Positions 7,840 to 15,991 of a DNA stretch of 32,000 bases are shown piece after piece. The first letter of the stretch is position 1, and each line of letters starts with the position of its first letter. The notes below the pieces were generated by a model. It did not search any database. It worked only from the letters and a program-made list of their open reading frames with translations, and was not told where the DNA came from. Source of the DNA: Candidatus Saccharimonadota bacterium (lineage in GTDB: Bacteria > Patescibacteriota > Patescibacteriia > 2-12-FULL-60-25); contig JALHOH010000002.1 of assembly GCA_022843095.1 (NCBI GenBank), forward strand, positions 180,001-212,000, given 5' to 3'. The position numbers and the translations under genes were made by a program.

Positions 7840-10389
7840 ATGTTTGCTCGACGCCTGTGTTCCGTCGTACTGGTGACGGGAGGACTCCTCGCGCCGTATT
7901 TTGGAATCGCTGCCACCAACCGCGAGGTGATTTGCGATGTCGCCCGAACGTGCGCTCGGAGCGGTCCTGGCTGCGCTCCTGGTTCCACCTGCAACACAAG
8001 TCAGGGTGTCGTAGAAGAATGTCGCATCACTGTCGCCGAACAGGGTCGGTGTGTTACCGATCAAGAACAACGGGACATGGTGGCAGATGCGCAGTATTTT
8101 ACCCGCGAACGTGTCGTACCTGGACGCGTGGAACGAACCATTTGTTGTCGCTGCCGTCGCGCCGGGTCTGGTGATAAATGCGTGACCTTCACGAACGTTT
8201 CGGATTGCGGGATGAACACCATTGATCGGCATCCCTCGATGATCAGTTTGCAATCGCAAGGGGCGAATGCGCCGGTCACTTGTGATGAAGAAAAAATCCC
8301 CGATTCCCAATGCCTTACGGTTGCAAACGGCGGATCCTGCCAAAACACCCCGACGGATGCCGTCACCGCATTCACCACCCAAGCCAGCACACCATCGCTC
8401 ACGGATCAGGTCAGCGATACTCTGACCCAAGCCGTACGCCCGTCCATTACCCCGAATCTCTCCGTCCCGATTCCCGGCCTCACATTCTCAAGCGCAGAGA
8501 AGGCCGGCGGAACGGTGCGCGTCAGCTTCCTTGGGCAATATATCGCCGCGGTCTATCGCTATGCCGTGTCCATCGTGGTGGTTGTCGCAACGATCATGGT
8601 GGTATATGGCGGCTTCTTATATCTCATTAGCCCCATTGCCGGAGATGCCTCCCGAGGAATGGAGATCATCAAAGACGCGCTCATGGGGACGGTCGTTTTG
8701 CTTGCCGCGTACCTGATTTTACAAACCATCAATCCACGGCTAACAGACTTGGAGTCCCTCAATTTGAATTACATCGCACGTACCGAATACGGCGAAGGTG
8801 AGGGGCAAAACGAAGCGGTCCGCGATATTTCTAGCGGCGCGTGTGCCGAGCTCCCACGTCTCGCCAGCATCCGCTCTGATCAAATGATCGCCGTCCCCCG
8901 CTATTATCAATTCGCATCTCCCTGGGGGGGCCAAGCATTTGGACGGAACCTGATCGGGCAATCGGAGCTCCCCGCCTGCACGTCCGCATCCACCCAAAGC
9001 CAGAATTGTACCGGGACCTTCGGCCAAGGGGCATGTGGGGTCACGTCGCTCGCCTCTGTGCTTGCGTATTACAACGTCCAAGGGGCAAACGGCCGAATTA
9101 CACCGCTAGATACCGGAGCGTATGCCGTACGGAATGGCTTTCGTCCACACAATGCGGGTACGACGCCTGGCGCGTTTTGTTCGGATGCGTTTCGACGGGA
9201 ATATCCTGGCTTTGAATGTGAGTCGCTGGGGAGCAACGTGACGCGCGCCATTCAAGCCTTGCGAAACCACCAACCCGTGATTTTTCATTGCGCACGATGC
9301 GCCGTCACGCTGAAAAACGGCCAACCGGGATTTGGCAGTCGTGGAAGCGGACACTACATGGTGCTGACGGGTGTGTCGGATGATGGGCAAACCTTTGCCA
9401 TTCATGACGTCGGCCATGCGGATGGAACGGCAGCCGCCGCCATCTCCGCCGCAGTTCTGCGTACGCAATCGATGTGGCTCATCTATCCACGCGGATCCGC
9501 GCCGGGGACCTCCACAACCGGAACACGTCCTGCAACCCCTGGAACGGGAACGGTAGCCGCGGCGGGAGCCTGCGCGCCGACGGGTGGCCAGAGTGCCATT
9601 ACCGCGACCTCCGGCGATCTGACCATCGCAAAATTCGCCTATCGGCCAAACGGAAACACGGGGTGGCAGCATGAGGGCTCCCCGCTTGTCTTCCCGACCC
9701 GTCTCGCGAACCAAACGGCGGATGTCCAATTGTTCATCTATTTGCATGGGCTGAATACGCATGCAAATACGTTTGAAACATCCGGCTACTGGCGAGAAAT
9801 CCGCCCCGAACTCCAACGCGTCGCCGGGAGTCATAACGTCGTGTTCGTCGCGCCACATTTCCAAGCGGGCTCAAACTATTATTCTGGATTCACCTTTTCC
9901 TCGTTTTATAGCGCGGTGACCGCTGCACTGGCCGCGAATCCTGCCACACGACAACTTCGCGTCGATCGCATTGTGATTGGAGGTCACAGCGCCGCCACCT
10001 GCCAAGGAAGCCCCGTCCCACTCCGTGATGCCATGCGGAATAAACCCGCAAACACGCGAGGCGTTGTGGCGTTTGATGGATGCCTTGGAACCGAACTGAA
10101 GCAGAATAATTTTTCCGATCCTGGAGGATTCGTCTTCTTTAACCCAGACCTTTCGGGAATGGGGATTGATCGAGATACCACTCCGCCAACCAATCGCTAT
10201 CTTCTGACGCGCGAAAGTTATGGACTCGTCTCACACGCCTGCCCACCGTACGTCGGTCGCGGAGTCGCCTGTTTCAAGCATCCGACAGAACAATGGTGGT
10301 CGTTTGAAACACGACTTGGACACGCCGAAAGTGTGCAAGAAATGACCAAATACCTCATCCAAGGATTCTTCCCACCGGTTTCTCCGTAA
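7840..10389 (+). CDS. Secreted Cys-rich protein with a pilin-like two-helix hairpin, a C39-like cysteine peptidase domain and an alpha/beta-hydrolase domain
   Basis: I take the start as the ATG at 7840, 1 nt after the DsbA stop, which gives the signal peptide MFARRLCSVVLVTGGLLAPYFGIAA. The N-terminal module is Cys-rich and contains an ICCRC motif. The TM hairpin is YAVSIVVVVATIMVVYGGFLYLISP...ALMGTVVLLAAYLILQTINPRL. The C39-like motifs are VPRYYQFASPW, GACGVTSLASVLAYYN (Cys codon at 9034-9036) and GHYMVLTG (His codon at 9352-9354). The hydrolase motifs are LFIYLHG and IVIGGHSAA (Ser codon at 9988-9990). Confidence 0.8.
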   Translation: MFARRLCSVVLVTGGLLAPYFGIAATNREVICDVARTCARSGPGCAPGSTCNTSQGVVEECRITVAEQGRCVTDQEQRDMVADAQYFTRERVVPGRVERTICCRCRRAGSGDKCVTFTNVSDCGMNTIDRHPSMISLQSQGANAPVTCDEEKIPDSQCLTVANGGSCQNTPTDAVTAFTTQASTPSLTDQVSDTLTQAVRPSITPNLSVPIPGLTFSSAEKAGGTVRVSFLGQYIAAVYRYAVSIVVVVATIMVVYGGFLYLISPIAGDASRGMEIIKDALMGTVVLLAAYLILQTINPRLTDLESLNLNYIARTEYGEGEGQNEAVRDISSGACAELPRLASIRSDQMIAVPRYYQFASPWGGQAFGRNLIGQSELPACTSASTQSQNCTGTFGQGACGVTSLASVLAYYNVQGANGRITPLDTGAYAVRNGFRPHNAGTTPGAFCSDAFRREYPGFECESLGSNVTRAIQALRNHQPVIFHCARCAVTLKNGQPGFGSRGSGHYMVLTGVSDDGQTFAIHDVGHADGTAAAAISAAVLRTQSMWLIYPRGSAPGTSTTGTRPATPGTGTVAAAGACAPTGGQSAITATSGDLTIAKFAYRPNGNTGWQHEGSPLVFPTRLANQTADVQLFIYLHGLNTHANTFETSGYWREIRPELQRVAGSHNVVFVAPHFQAGSNYYSGFTFSSFYSAVTAALAANPATRQLRVDRIVIGGHSAATCQGSPVPLRDAMRNKPANTRGVVAFDGCLGTELKQNNFSDPGGFVFFNPDLSGMGIDRDTTPPTNRYLLTRESYGLVSHACPPYVGRGVACFKHPTEQWWSFETRLGHAESVQEMTKYLIQGFFPPVSP
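8431..8752 (+). repeat. Copy 1 of the highly conserved nucleotide block (pilin-like hairpin region) shared by the two tandem paralogs
   Basis: Long identical runs are visible between the copies. For example, ctatcgctatgccgtgtccatcgtggtggttgtcgcaacgatcatggtggtatatggcggcttctt here matches ctatcgctacgccgtgtccattgtcgtcgttgttgcgaccatcatggtggtatatggtggcttctt at 11000-11320. Confidence 0.8.
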
Positions 10390-10390
10390 T

Positions 10391-12457
10391 ATGCGACGCG
10401 TCCTGCTTGCACTCAGTCTCATCTCTTCCGTCCTGCTTTCCGCAGGAGATGCGTGGGCACGCACCAACCGTGAAGCATTCTGCGATCCGGCGCGTCGCTG
10501 TTTTGCGAGTGAAGCCTCCACCTGCGGATCAGGTCGCACCTGCGCCATCAACACGGTCGTAGACACCGTGTGCGGGTTGACCACCGTCGGCCAAGGACGC
10601 TGTCTTGCGGCAGAAGATTTGACCTGCATGAACACGGAGTCCTGTCTTTCACGGGAAGCCGTGGAGCCCGTCCGTGTTGAGCAATCCATCTGCTGCCGAT
10701 GTGGTTTGAGTACCGCACGCGATCGATGCGTCTCTTTTACAAACGTCACCACCTGCGCCGCGGACATGATCGATCGACATCCCTCGATGATCGCGTACCA
10801 CAACCGATCTGGCGCAACCGCGGATAGCCCCCAGGTCCAATGCGATCCGGTACAACTCTCTGAACAGGAGTGCTTGCCCGTGGCGCAAAATGGCACCTGC
10901 CAAAATCGTGCCGCCGATGTGGTCACCGTATTCACCGCACAAGCTGACCCAAGCGCTGGCCCTGGCCTCATCGAGCGAGCAAGCGATGCGCTGACCGGTG
11001 CCGTCCGACCTCCGATCACTCCCAACCTGTCCGTTCCCATTCCCGGCCTCACCTTTGCAACACCGGAAGCCGCTGGTGGCACCGTTCGCGTGAATTTCCT
11101 GGGACAGTATATCGCCGCTGTCTATCGCTACGCCGTGTCCATTGTCGTCGTTGTTGCGACCATCATGGTGGTATATGGTGGCTTCTTGTATCTGGTAAGC
11201 CCCATCGCCGGGAAAGCCACGAAAGGAAAGGAAATCATCAAAGACGCGCTCATGGGAACGGTGGTATTACTTTCCGCATACTTGATTTTAAACACCGTGA
11301 ATCCGCAGCTCACCAATTTGCGATCTCTGTCATTAGAAGAGATTCTTCCCGTCACTGACGCGATTCACGACTCCTCGGCTCGAGATGAAGAAAACAACAC
11401 GGGTCCAAATGGAACCGCCCAATCAGTCCCGGCAAATACTTCCGAACTCTGCACGACCGCTCCAGCACGCGACGCCTCCCCGGCGATTCGAAGACCGTTT
11501 GCACAAGCCGCTGCCACCTGTACGGACTACCCGCCAACGACCATCCCCACGCAAATTACGGCAAGTTATTGCAGCAATTTAAACGCGACGGTCAGCGATG
11601 GAAGCATTCGAAAGCGCATGCGCGCAAAGGTCACCCTCGTCCCTCAGCTCACCGGCTCCGCCCGAGATCACCTGGCGTGGTGCGCGAATTGCGCCGATCA
11701 TTTTTCTTGCAGCGCCCCGGAACGCACGGATGAACAATGCGTTCGACTTGCTGGAAGAAATGGAGAAGGGGTGCCATGCGCAGGAGGATTTGGCCTATTC
11801 TTGAGAGGCATGACGGCGAATTGTCACGGAAAACGCTTTGATCGAATGGATGGGTTGGATGGATTAACGTTTGGGATTCAAGACACAAACGCCTGGGATC
11901 TCCCAGGAATGCTCCGCGACTTTGAACAGACGGACCGAGATGCCTTCTTGCGCGTATTTGCGAACGCCGATCTCGCGGCGTGGTATCAAAATGGCTCGAT
12001 TCGTGCCGATTGGTTTTGTGAACAGCAAGTGCGTCAAAATGGGCTTGCTTGTAACGCCAACTTTCGACGTGGATTGGAAGCTGCTATGCGCGAACGTGGG
12101 ATGATCATTGCGCAACTTCGACGTGCGTATGCAGACTACACCCGATTTACGCGTATCGCTTCTGCGCATTTTCGAAGCGTCAAAGGACAGGCGATGTTTG
12201 CAGCGTGGTTAAATAACCCCGGACGATGCGGTGGCAGTCTCGCCCCCCTTGTACAGGCCTGCGGGAGACTTCCTGAGGAGGAAAAGTATGAATGTTTCCT
12301 GCGTGAAGCGGTGAACGTGCCTTGCCGCAATAATGCCACGGGAGCTGCAAGTCGCGCGCAATCCATTCGCACCGCATTGGCCAATATCCCCTTTTCCGTA
12401 ACTGCAGGCGAAATTGAACCGCTCGACGCGCTGATCAACCGCTGCCTCCCCCGATAA
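10391..12457 (+). CDS. Paralog of the previous gene: same signal peptide, Cys-rich module and pilin-like hairpin, but an unrelated Cys-rich C-terminal domain of unknown function
   Basis: 688 aa. The signal peptide is MRRVLLALSLISSVLLSAGDAWA. The segment VRPPITPNLSVPIPGLTF...FLGQYIAAVYRYAVSIVVVVATIMVVYGGFLYLVSP...LILNTVNPQL is nearly identical to the upstream gene. After about aa 320 the two sequences diverge completely. Confidence 0.8.
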   Translation: MRRVLLALSLISSVLLSAGDAWARTNREAFCDPARRCFASEASTCGSGRTCAINTVVDTVCGLTTVGQGRCLAAEDLTCMNTESCLSREAVEPVRVEQSICCRCGLSTARDRCVSFTNVTTCAADMIDRHPSMIAYHNRSGATADSPQVQCDPVQLSEQECLPVAQNGTCQNRAADVVTVFTAQADPSAGPGLIERASDALTGAVRPPITPNLSVPIPGLTFATPEAAGGTVRVNFLGQYIAAVYRYAVSIVVVVATIMVVYGGFLYLVSPIAGKATKGKEIIKDALMGTVVLLSAYLILNTVNPQLTNLRSLSLEEILPVTDAIHDSSARDEENNTGPNGTAQSVPANTSELCTTAPARDASPAIRRPFAQAAATCTDYPPTTIPTQITASYCSNLNATVSDGSIRKRMRAKVTLVPQLTGSARDHLAWCANCADHFSCSAPERTDEQCVRLAGRNGEGVPCAGGFGLFLRGMTANCHGKRFDRMDGLDGLTFGIQDTNAWDLPGMLRDFEQTDRDAFLRVFANADLAAWYQNGSIRADWFCEQQVRQNGLACNANFRRGLEAAMRERGMIIAQLRRAYADYTRFTRIASAHFRSVKGQAMFAAWLNNPGRCGGSLAPLVQACGRLPEEEKYECFLREAVNVPCRNNATGAASRAQSIRTALANIPFSVTAGEIEPLDALINRCLPR
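11000..11320 (+). repeat. Copy 2 of the conserved block shared by the tandem paralogs
   Basis: See copy 1. Weaker protein-level similarity extends over the whole N-terminal ~300 aa (7840-8752 against 10391-11320). Confidence 0.8.
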
Positions 12458-12482
12458 AGATGACGACGAGCAACGCATCCCG

Positions 12483-12488
12483 TACAGT
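12483..12488 (+). promoter_or_regulatory. -10-like hexamer TACAGT, 6 nt upstream of the radA ATG (candidate leaderless promoter)
   Basis: TACAGT at 12483-12488 is followed by the spacer tcctcc and then the ATG at 12495. No SD motif is present. Confidence 0.3.
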
Positions 12489-12494
12489 TCCTCC

Positions 12495-13835
12495 ATGCCA
12501 AAAACGCCGGAAAAATTGTATCGCTGTCGTGATTGCGATGCCCAGTTTTTAAAGTGGGCCGGACAATGTGATACCTGTGGTCATTGGGGAACCCTAGAGC
12601 AAACCACGCTCGCCGCGTCTGCCACCCACGCAGAAAAAACAACGGCGCGCGCCGGAAAAGCAGCGCTGATTCCCTTTGCAGAAACCCCGACCAAAGAAGG
12701 CGCCGTTCCCCTTCCCACAGGACTGTCGCTTTGGGATACCCTCCTTTCTGGTGGCCTGGTGCAGGGATCGGTGACGCTCGTGGGAGGTGAACCGGGGATT
12801 GGCAAATCCACCTTGCTTGCCCAGCTCTGCCTTTCGGTTGCAGCCCTTCCCGGAAACCGTGTGTGCTATGTCACCGGTGAAGAATCCCCTGCCCAGGTCG
12901 GAGGACGTCTACGCCGACTTGCAGGCGGCACCATTTCGGACCGGCTTTTTGCCGTAAACCACACGGATGCCCCAACCATTGCTGCCACGCTTTTGGCGGA
13001 ATGTCCCACGCTCACCATTATTGATTCCATTCAAACGTTACGCACCGAAGGGGTTGCTGGAGAGCCGGGAAACCCGACTCAGGTCAAAGCGTCAGCCGCG
13101 ATTATTACCGAGGCGGCAAAACGTGCCGGGGTGGCGGTTGTGTTCGTCGGGCAGGTCAATAAAGATGGCGACCTGGCCGGACCCCGATTGGTCGAGCACT
13201 TGGTTGACACGGTCCTCATGATGGAGGGTGATCGGTTGCAGGCGTTTCGATGGCTCCAGGTCCTCAAACATCGTTTTGGGACGACGGATCAAGCGGCGGC
13301 GCTCCACATGACCGAACATGGATTGGAAGAAATCAAAGATCCCTCCGCCCTCCTGCTTGCCGATCGACCAACGGGCGTTGCCGGTTCGGTCGTCACCTGT
13401 CTTGCAGATGGCCATCGCCCGGTGCTCTGCGAAATACAGGCGCTTGTGACCCCTGCCGGCTATGCAAATCCAACACGACGCGCAACCGGGGTCGACCAAA
13501 ATCGCGTGGGGATGATTCTTGCGGTGCTTGCGCGGCGCAGTGGTATTCCATTTGGCGATCAAGACGTGTTCGTGAATGCCGTTGGTGGCATTGACGCCAA
13601 AGATCCCTCCGCAGATCTTGCGATCGCGCTTGCCCTTGTCTCCGCCAAACACGACGTCGCCCTTCCCGCCGATGTGGTCGCCTGGGGAGAGCTGGGTCTT
13701 GCAGGAGAGATTCGCGCCGCCAAAAGCCAGGATCAACGTAAAAAAGAGGCGGAACGCCTGGGATTTCGCCCCGTCGCCGGAACCGGCAAAACCATCCGCG
13801 ACCTGGTGTACGCGTACAAACTCGGGAAAGGCTGA
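12495..13835 (+). CDS. radA: DNA repair protein RadA/Sms
   Basis: 446 aa. The N-terminal zinc ribbon is CRDCDAQFLKWAGQCDTCGHWGT. Walker A is GGEPGIGKSTLL. LKHRFG is a variant of the RadA KNRFG motif. A Lon-like C-terminal domain is present. Confidence 0.92.
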   Translation: MPKTPEKLYRCRDCDAQFLKWAGQCDTCGHWGTLEQTTLAASATHAEKTTARAGKAALIPFAETPTKEGAVPLPTGLSLWDTLLSGGLVQGSVTLVGGEPGIGKSTLLAQLCLSVAALPGNRVCYVTGEESPAQVGGRLRRLAGGTISDRLFAVNHTDAPTIAATLLAECPTLTIIDSIQTLRTEGVAGEPGNPTQVKASAAIITEAAKRAGVAVVFVGQVNKDGDLAGPRLVEHLVDTVLMMEGDRLQAFRWLQVLKHRFGTTDQAAALHMTEHGLEEIKDPSALLLADRPTGVAGSVVTCLADGHRPVLCEIQALVTPAGYANPTRRATGVDQNRVGMILAVLARRSGIPFGDQDVFVNAVGGIDAKDPSADLAIALALVSAKHDVALPADVVAWGELGLAGEIRAAKSQDQRKKEAERLGFRPVAGTGKTIRDLVYAYKLGKG

Positions 13836-13837
13836 GA

Positions 13838-15952
13838 TTATTCCAAATGCGCCGTGCGACGAAGCGCTTCCACACGCGCCTGCCAAAGGGGAAACCGGGA
13901 AAGCGTCGGGTCTTCTTTGAGACAGGTTTCCGCGAACCCCTTTGCGCGCGTCAGCAGATCGATATCTGTGAGTCGCGCCGCCTTAAACTCCGTAGCGCCG
14001 GATTGTGCCGTTCCCATCAAATTCCCACTTCCACGCAACTGAAGATCATACTCGGCGAGCGCAAAACCGTCTTCCGTTTTTTCCAGAATCTGTAATCGTT
14101 CCAACGATGTCCCTCCCGCATCTGTCAGCAAAAAGCAGGCGCTTTTTAACGACGAACGACCAACACGCCCACGAAATTGGTGCAGTTGCGCGAGCCCAAA
14201 CCGTTCGGCCCCTTCGATCAGCATCACGGTCGCATTCGGCACGTCCACACCGACCTCGATCACAGCGGTCGAGACAAGAACATCCAGCTGCTTTCCGCTA
14301 AATTGCTCCATCACTGCGTCTTTTTCTGCCGATTTTTGTCGCCCATGTAAAAGTCCCACCCGCAATCCGGCAAACGGTCCGGTCTTTAAACGCATCCATT
14401 CATCCGTTGCCGCGCGCACACCAAGATCATCCGACGCATCAATAAGCGGACACACGACAAACGCCTGCTCTCCACGCTGAACGGCGGCGCATACCGCTTG
14501 GTACGCCCGTTCCCGCGCCTCGCCGATGCATACCTGTGTGGTGATGGGAGTCCGGCCTGGGGGCTTTGAACGCAGCACCGTGACCTCCAAATCGCCGTAC
14601 AACGAAAGGGCAAGCGAACGCGGAATGGGTGTGGCGGTCATGGATAAAAAATGCGGAACACGACCATCCCGACGCGACGGGATGGAAAGCGCTTCGCGCT
14701 GCTCCACGCCAAACCGATGCTGTTCATCCACAACCGCGAAGGCTAAATCCGCAGGCAATCGTCCTGGCTGCAGCAGAGCATGCGTCCCAACCACCAACAA
14801 TTGCCCTCGTTCCAAGAGCGCTGGAATCTCGCTAGGCGCAAGCGGGCGGGATTCCCCCGCTTCCGTCCACAGGCGTTCTGTCCGCGTGAGCAACAGCACC
14901 GGGATGTGGTGCGGCGCGCACAATCGCCGCAAAGAAGCCGCGTGCTGCCGCGCCAAGATATCCGTCGGTGCCAGCATCGCTGCACTCCACCCATGACGTT
15001 GCACGTGCGCCATCAAAAACGCTGCGACCAGTGTTTTGCCCGCCCCCACATCGCCCTGCAAGAGACGACGCATCGGTCGCACCGTCCCTTTCCCATCCAT
15101 CGCCTGCATACAGGCCCACACCGCCTTTTTTTGGTCATCCGTCAGATCGAATGGCAGGGCGCTCACAAACCGCTTGGCAAACGTGGTATCGACGGGAATT
15201 CCGGGCGCTCCATGTGCATCGGCATCGTTCCTGGCATATCCAAGCGCCAACCGGTAGGTGACACATTCATCAAACGCCAAACGCCGACGCCCGTCTTCCG
15301 CTTCACGCATGGACAACGGGGCATGAATGGCGCGATACGCCTCAGCAAGTCCCAGGATCCCCTCTTCTTGCCGCGTCGATGCGGACAATGGGTCTTCCGG
15401 GAACACCACCTGACCAAGGACTTCATGCACCAACCGTCGATATGTTTTTTGCGTGAGCGATCCCGTCAACGGATACACCGGTGCCACCTGCCCTGCCGCA
15501 ACCGCGTCACGATCTCCCGGCTCCCACAACGGCTTAGCCATGGATTTTCCATAGTCAGGATGGTGCGTCACTTTGCCTGACAAAAAAATTTCCCGCCCGA
15601 TGGTCAATTCCTCCAACAACCACGGCTGATTAAAAAACGTGACGGAAAGCGACCCTGTTTCATCCTTGAGCACACAACGAATCAACTGCATGCGCTTCCG
15701 AAACGTTGGAAGCTTCCGACATTGCGCAACCATCCCTTTCACCGTGACCACCATCCCCACTTCCGCCGCGTGAATGGGAACGATGGTCGAATAGTCGTCA
15801 TATCGACGAGGATACGTTTGCAACAACTCGCCAATGGTTTGGATATCAAGCGCAGACCAGGCCTTGCGGACGGCCGGCGTCACCCCCTTCAAAAAACCGA
15901 CAGGATCCTCCCAATGAAGCATGCACGCATTTGACCATGCGCTCCGTTCCAC
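13838..15952 (-). CDS. recG: ATP-dependent DNA helicase RecG
   Basis: The helicase motifs are GDVGAGKT, VVDEQHRFG, SMTATPIPR and QLHQFRGRVGR, with an N-terminal wedge/OB region. The ORF-track start at 15952 is a GTG. An ATG at 15922 (MLHWEDP...) preceded by an extended -10 element is a plausible alternative start. Confidence 0.9.
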   Translation of the reverse strand: MERSAWSNACMLHWEDPVGFLKGVTPAVRKAWSALDIQTIGELLQTYPRRYDDYSTIVPIHAAEVGMVVTVKGMVAQCRKLPTFRKRMQLIRCVLKDETGSLSVTFFNQPWLLEELTIGREIFLSGKVTHHPDYGKSMAKPLWEPGDRDAVAAGQVAPVYPLTGSLTQKTYRRLVHEVLGQVVFPEDPLSASTRQEEGILGLAEAYRAIHAPLSMREAEDGRRRLAFDECVTYRLALGYARNDADAHGAPGIPVDTTFAKRFVSALPFDLTDDQKKAVWACMQAMDGKGTVRPMRRLLQGDVGAGKTLVAAFLMAHVQRHGWSAAMLAPTDILARQHAASLRRLCAPHHIPVLLLTRTERLWTEAGESRPLAPSEIPALLERGQLLVVGTHALLQPGRLPADLAFAVVDEQHRFGVEQREALSIPSRRDGRVPHFLSMTATPIPRSLALSLYGDLEVTVLRSKPPGRTPITTQVCIGEARERAYQAVCAAVQRGEQAFVVCPLIDASDDLGVRAATDEWMRLKTGPFAGLRVGLLHGRQKSAEKDAVMEQFSGKQLDVLVSTAVIEVGVDVPNATVMLIEGAERFGLAQLHQFRGRVGRSSLKSACFLLTDAGGTSLERLQILEKTEDGFALAEYDLQLRGSGNLMGTAQSGATEFKAARLTDIDLLTRAKGFAETCLKEDPTLSRFPLWQARVEALRRTAHLE
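15929..15937 (-). promoter_or_regulatory. Extended -10 element TGgTCAAAT (minus strand), 6 nt upstream of the recG ATG at 15922
   Basis: The minus strand reads gcaTGgTCAAATgcgtgcATG, the same geometry seen at 2778-2795 and 15977-15994. Confidence 0.35.
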
Positions 15953-15976
15953 GGGAAGGGCAACGGGTGACGGATA

Positions 15977-15985
15977 TGCTACACT
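15977..15985 (+). promoter_or_regulatory. Extended -10 element TGcTACACT, 6 nt upstream of the ATG at 15992 (candidate leaderless promoter of the kinase operon)
   Basis: TGcTACACT is followed by the spacer ctaccc and then the ATG. No SD motif is present. Confidence 0.4.
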
Positions 15986-15991
15986 CTACCC

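Noticed and set aside
9106-11082. Long minus-strand ORFs (9106-9864, 252 aa; 10231-11082, 283 aa) antisense to the two exoprotein genes
   Set aside because: Their translations are Arg/Gly/Pro/Cys-rich low-complexity strings with no motifs. The plus-strand frames carry signal peptides, TM hairpins and catalytic motifs. These are typical shadow ORFs of GC-rich coding sequence.
245-13835. Alternative genetic code with UGA reassigned, as in some CPR lineages
   Set aside because: TGA acts as a normal stop at full-length protein ends for clpC (2756-2758), the DsbA-like gene (7836-7838) and radA (13833-13835), so the standard code 11 fits.
13092-15580. Antisense ORFs 13092-13886 (-, 264 aa) and 14780-15580 (+, 266 aa) overlapping radA and recG
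   Set aside because: The opposite strands encode unmistakable RadA and RecG motifs. The antisense products are Arg/His/Pro-rich junk.
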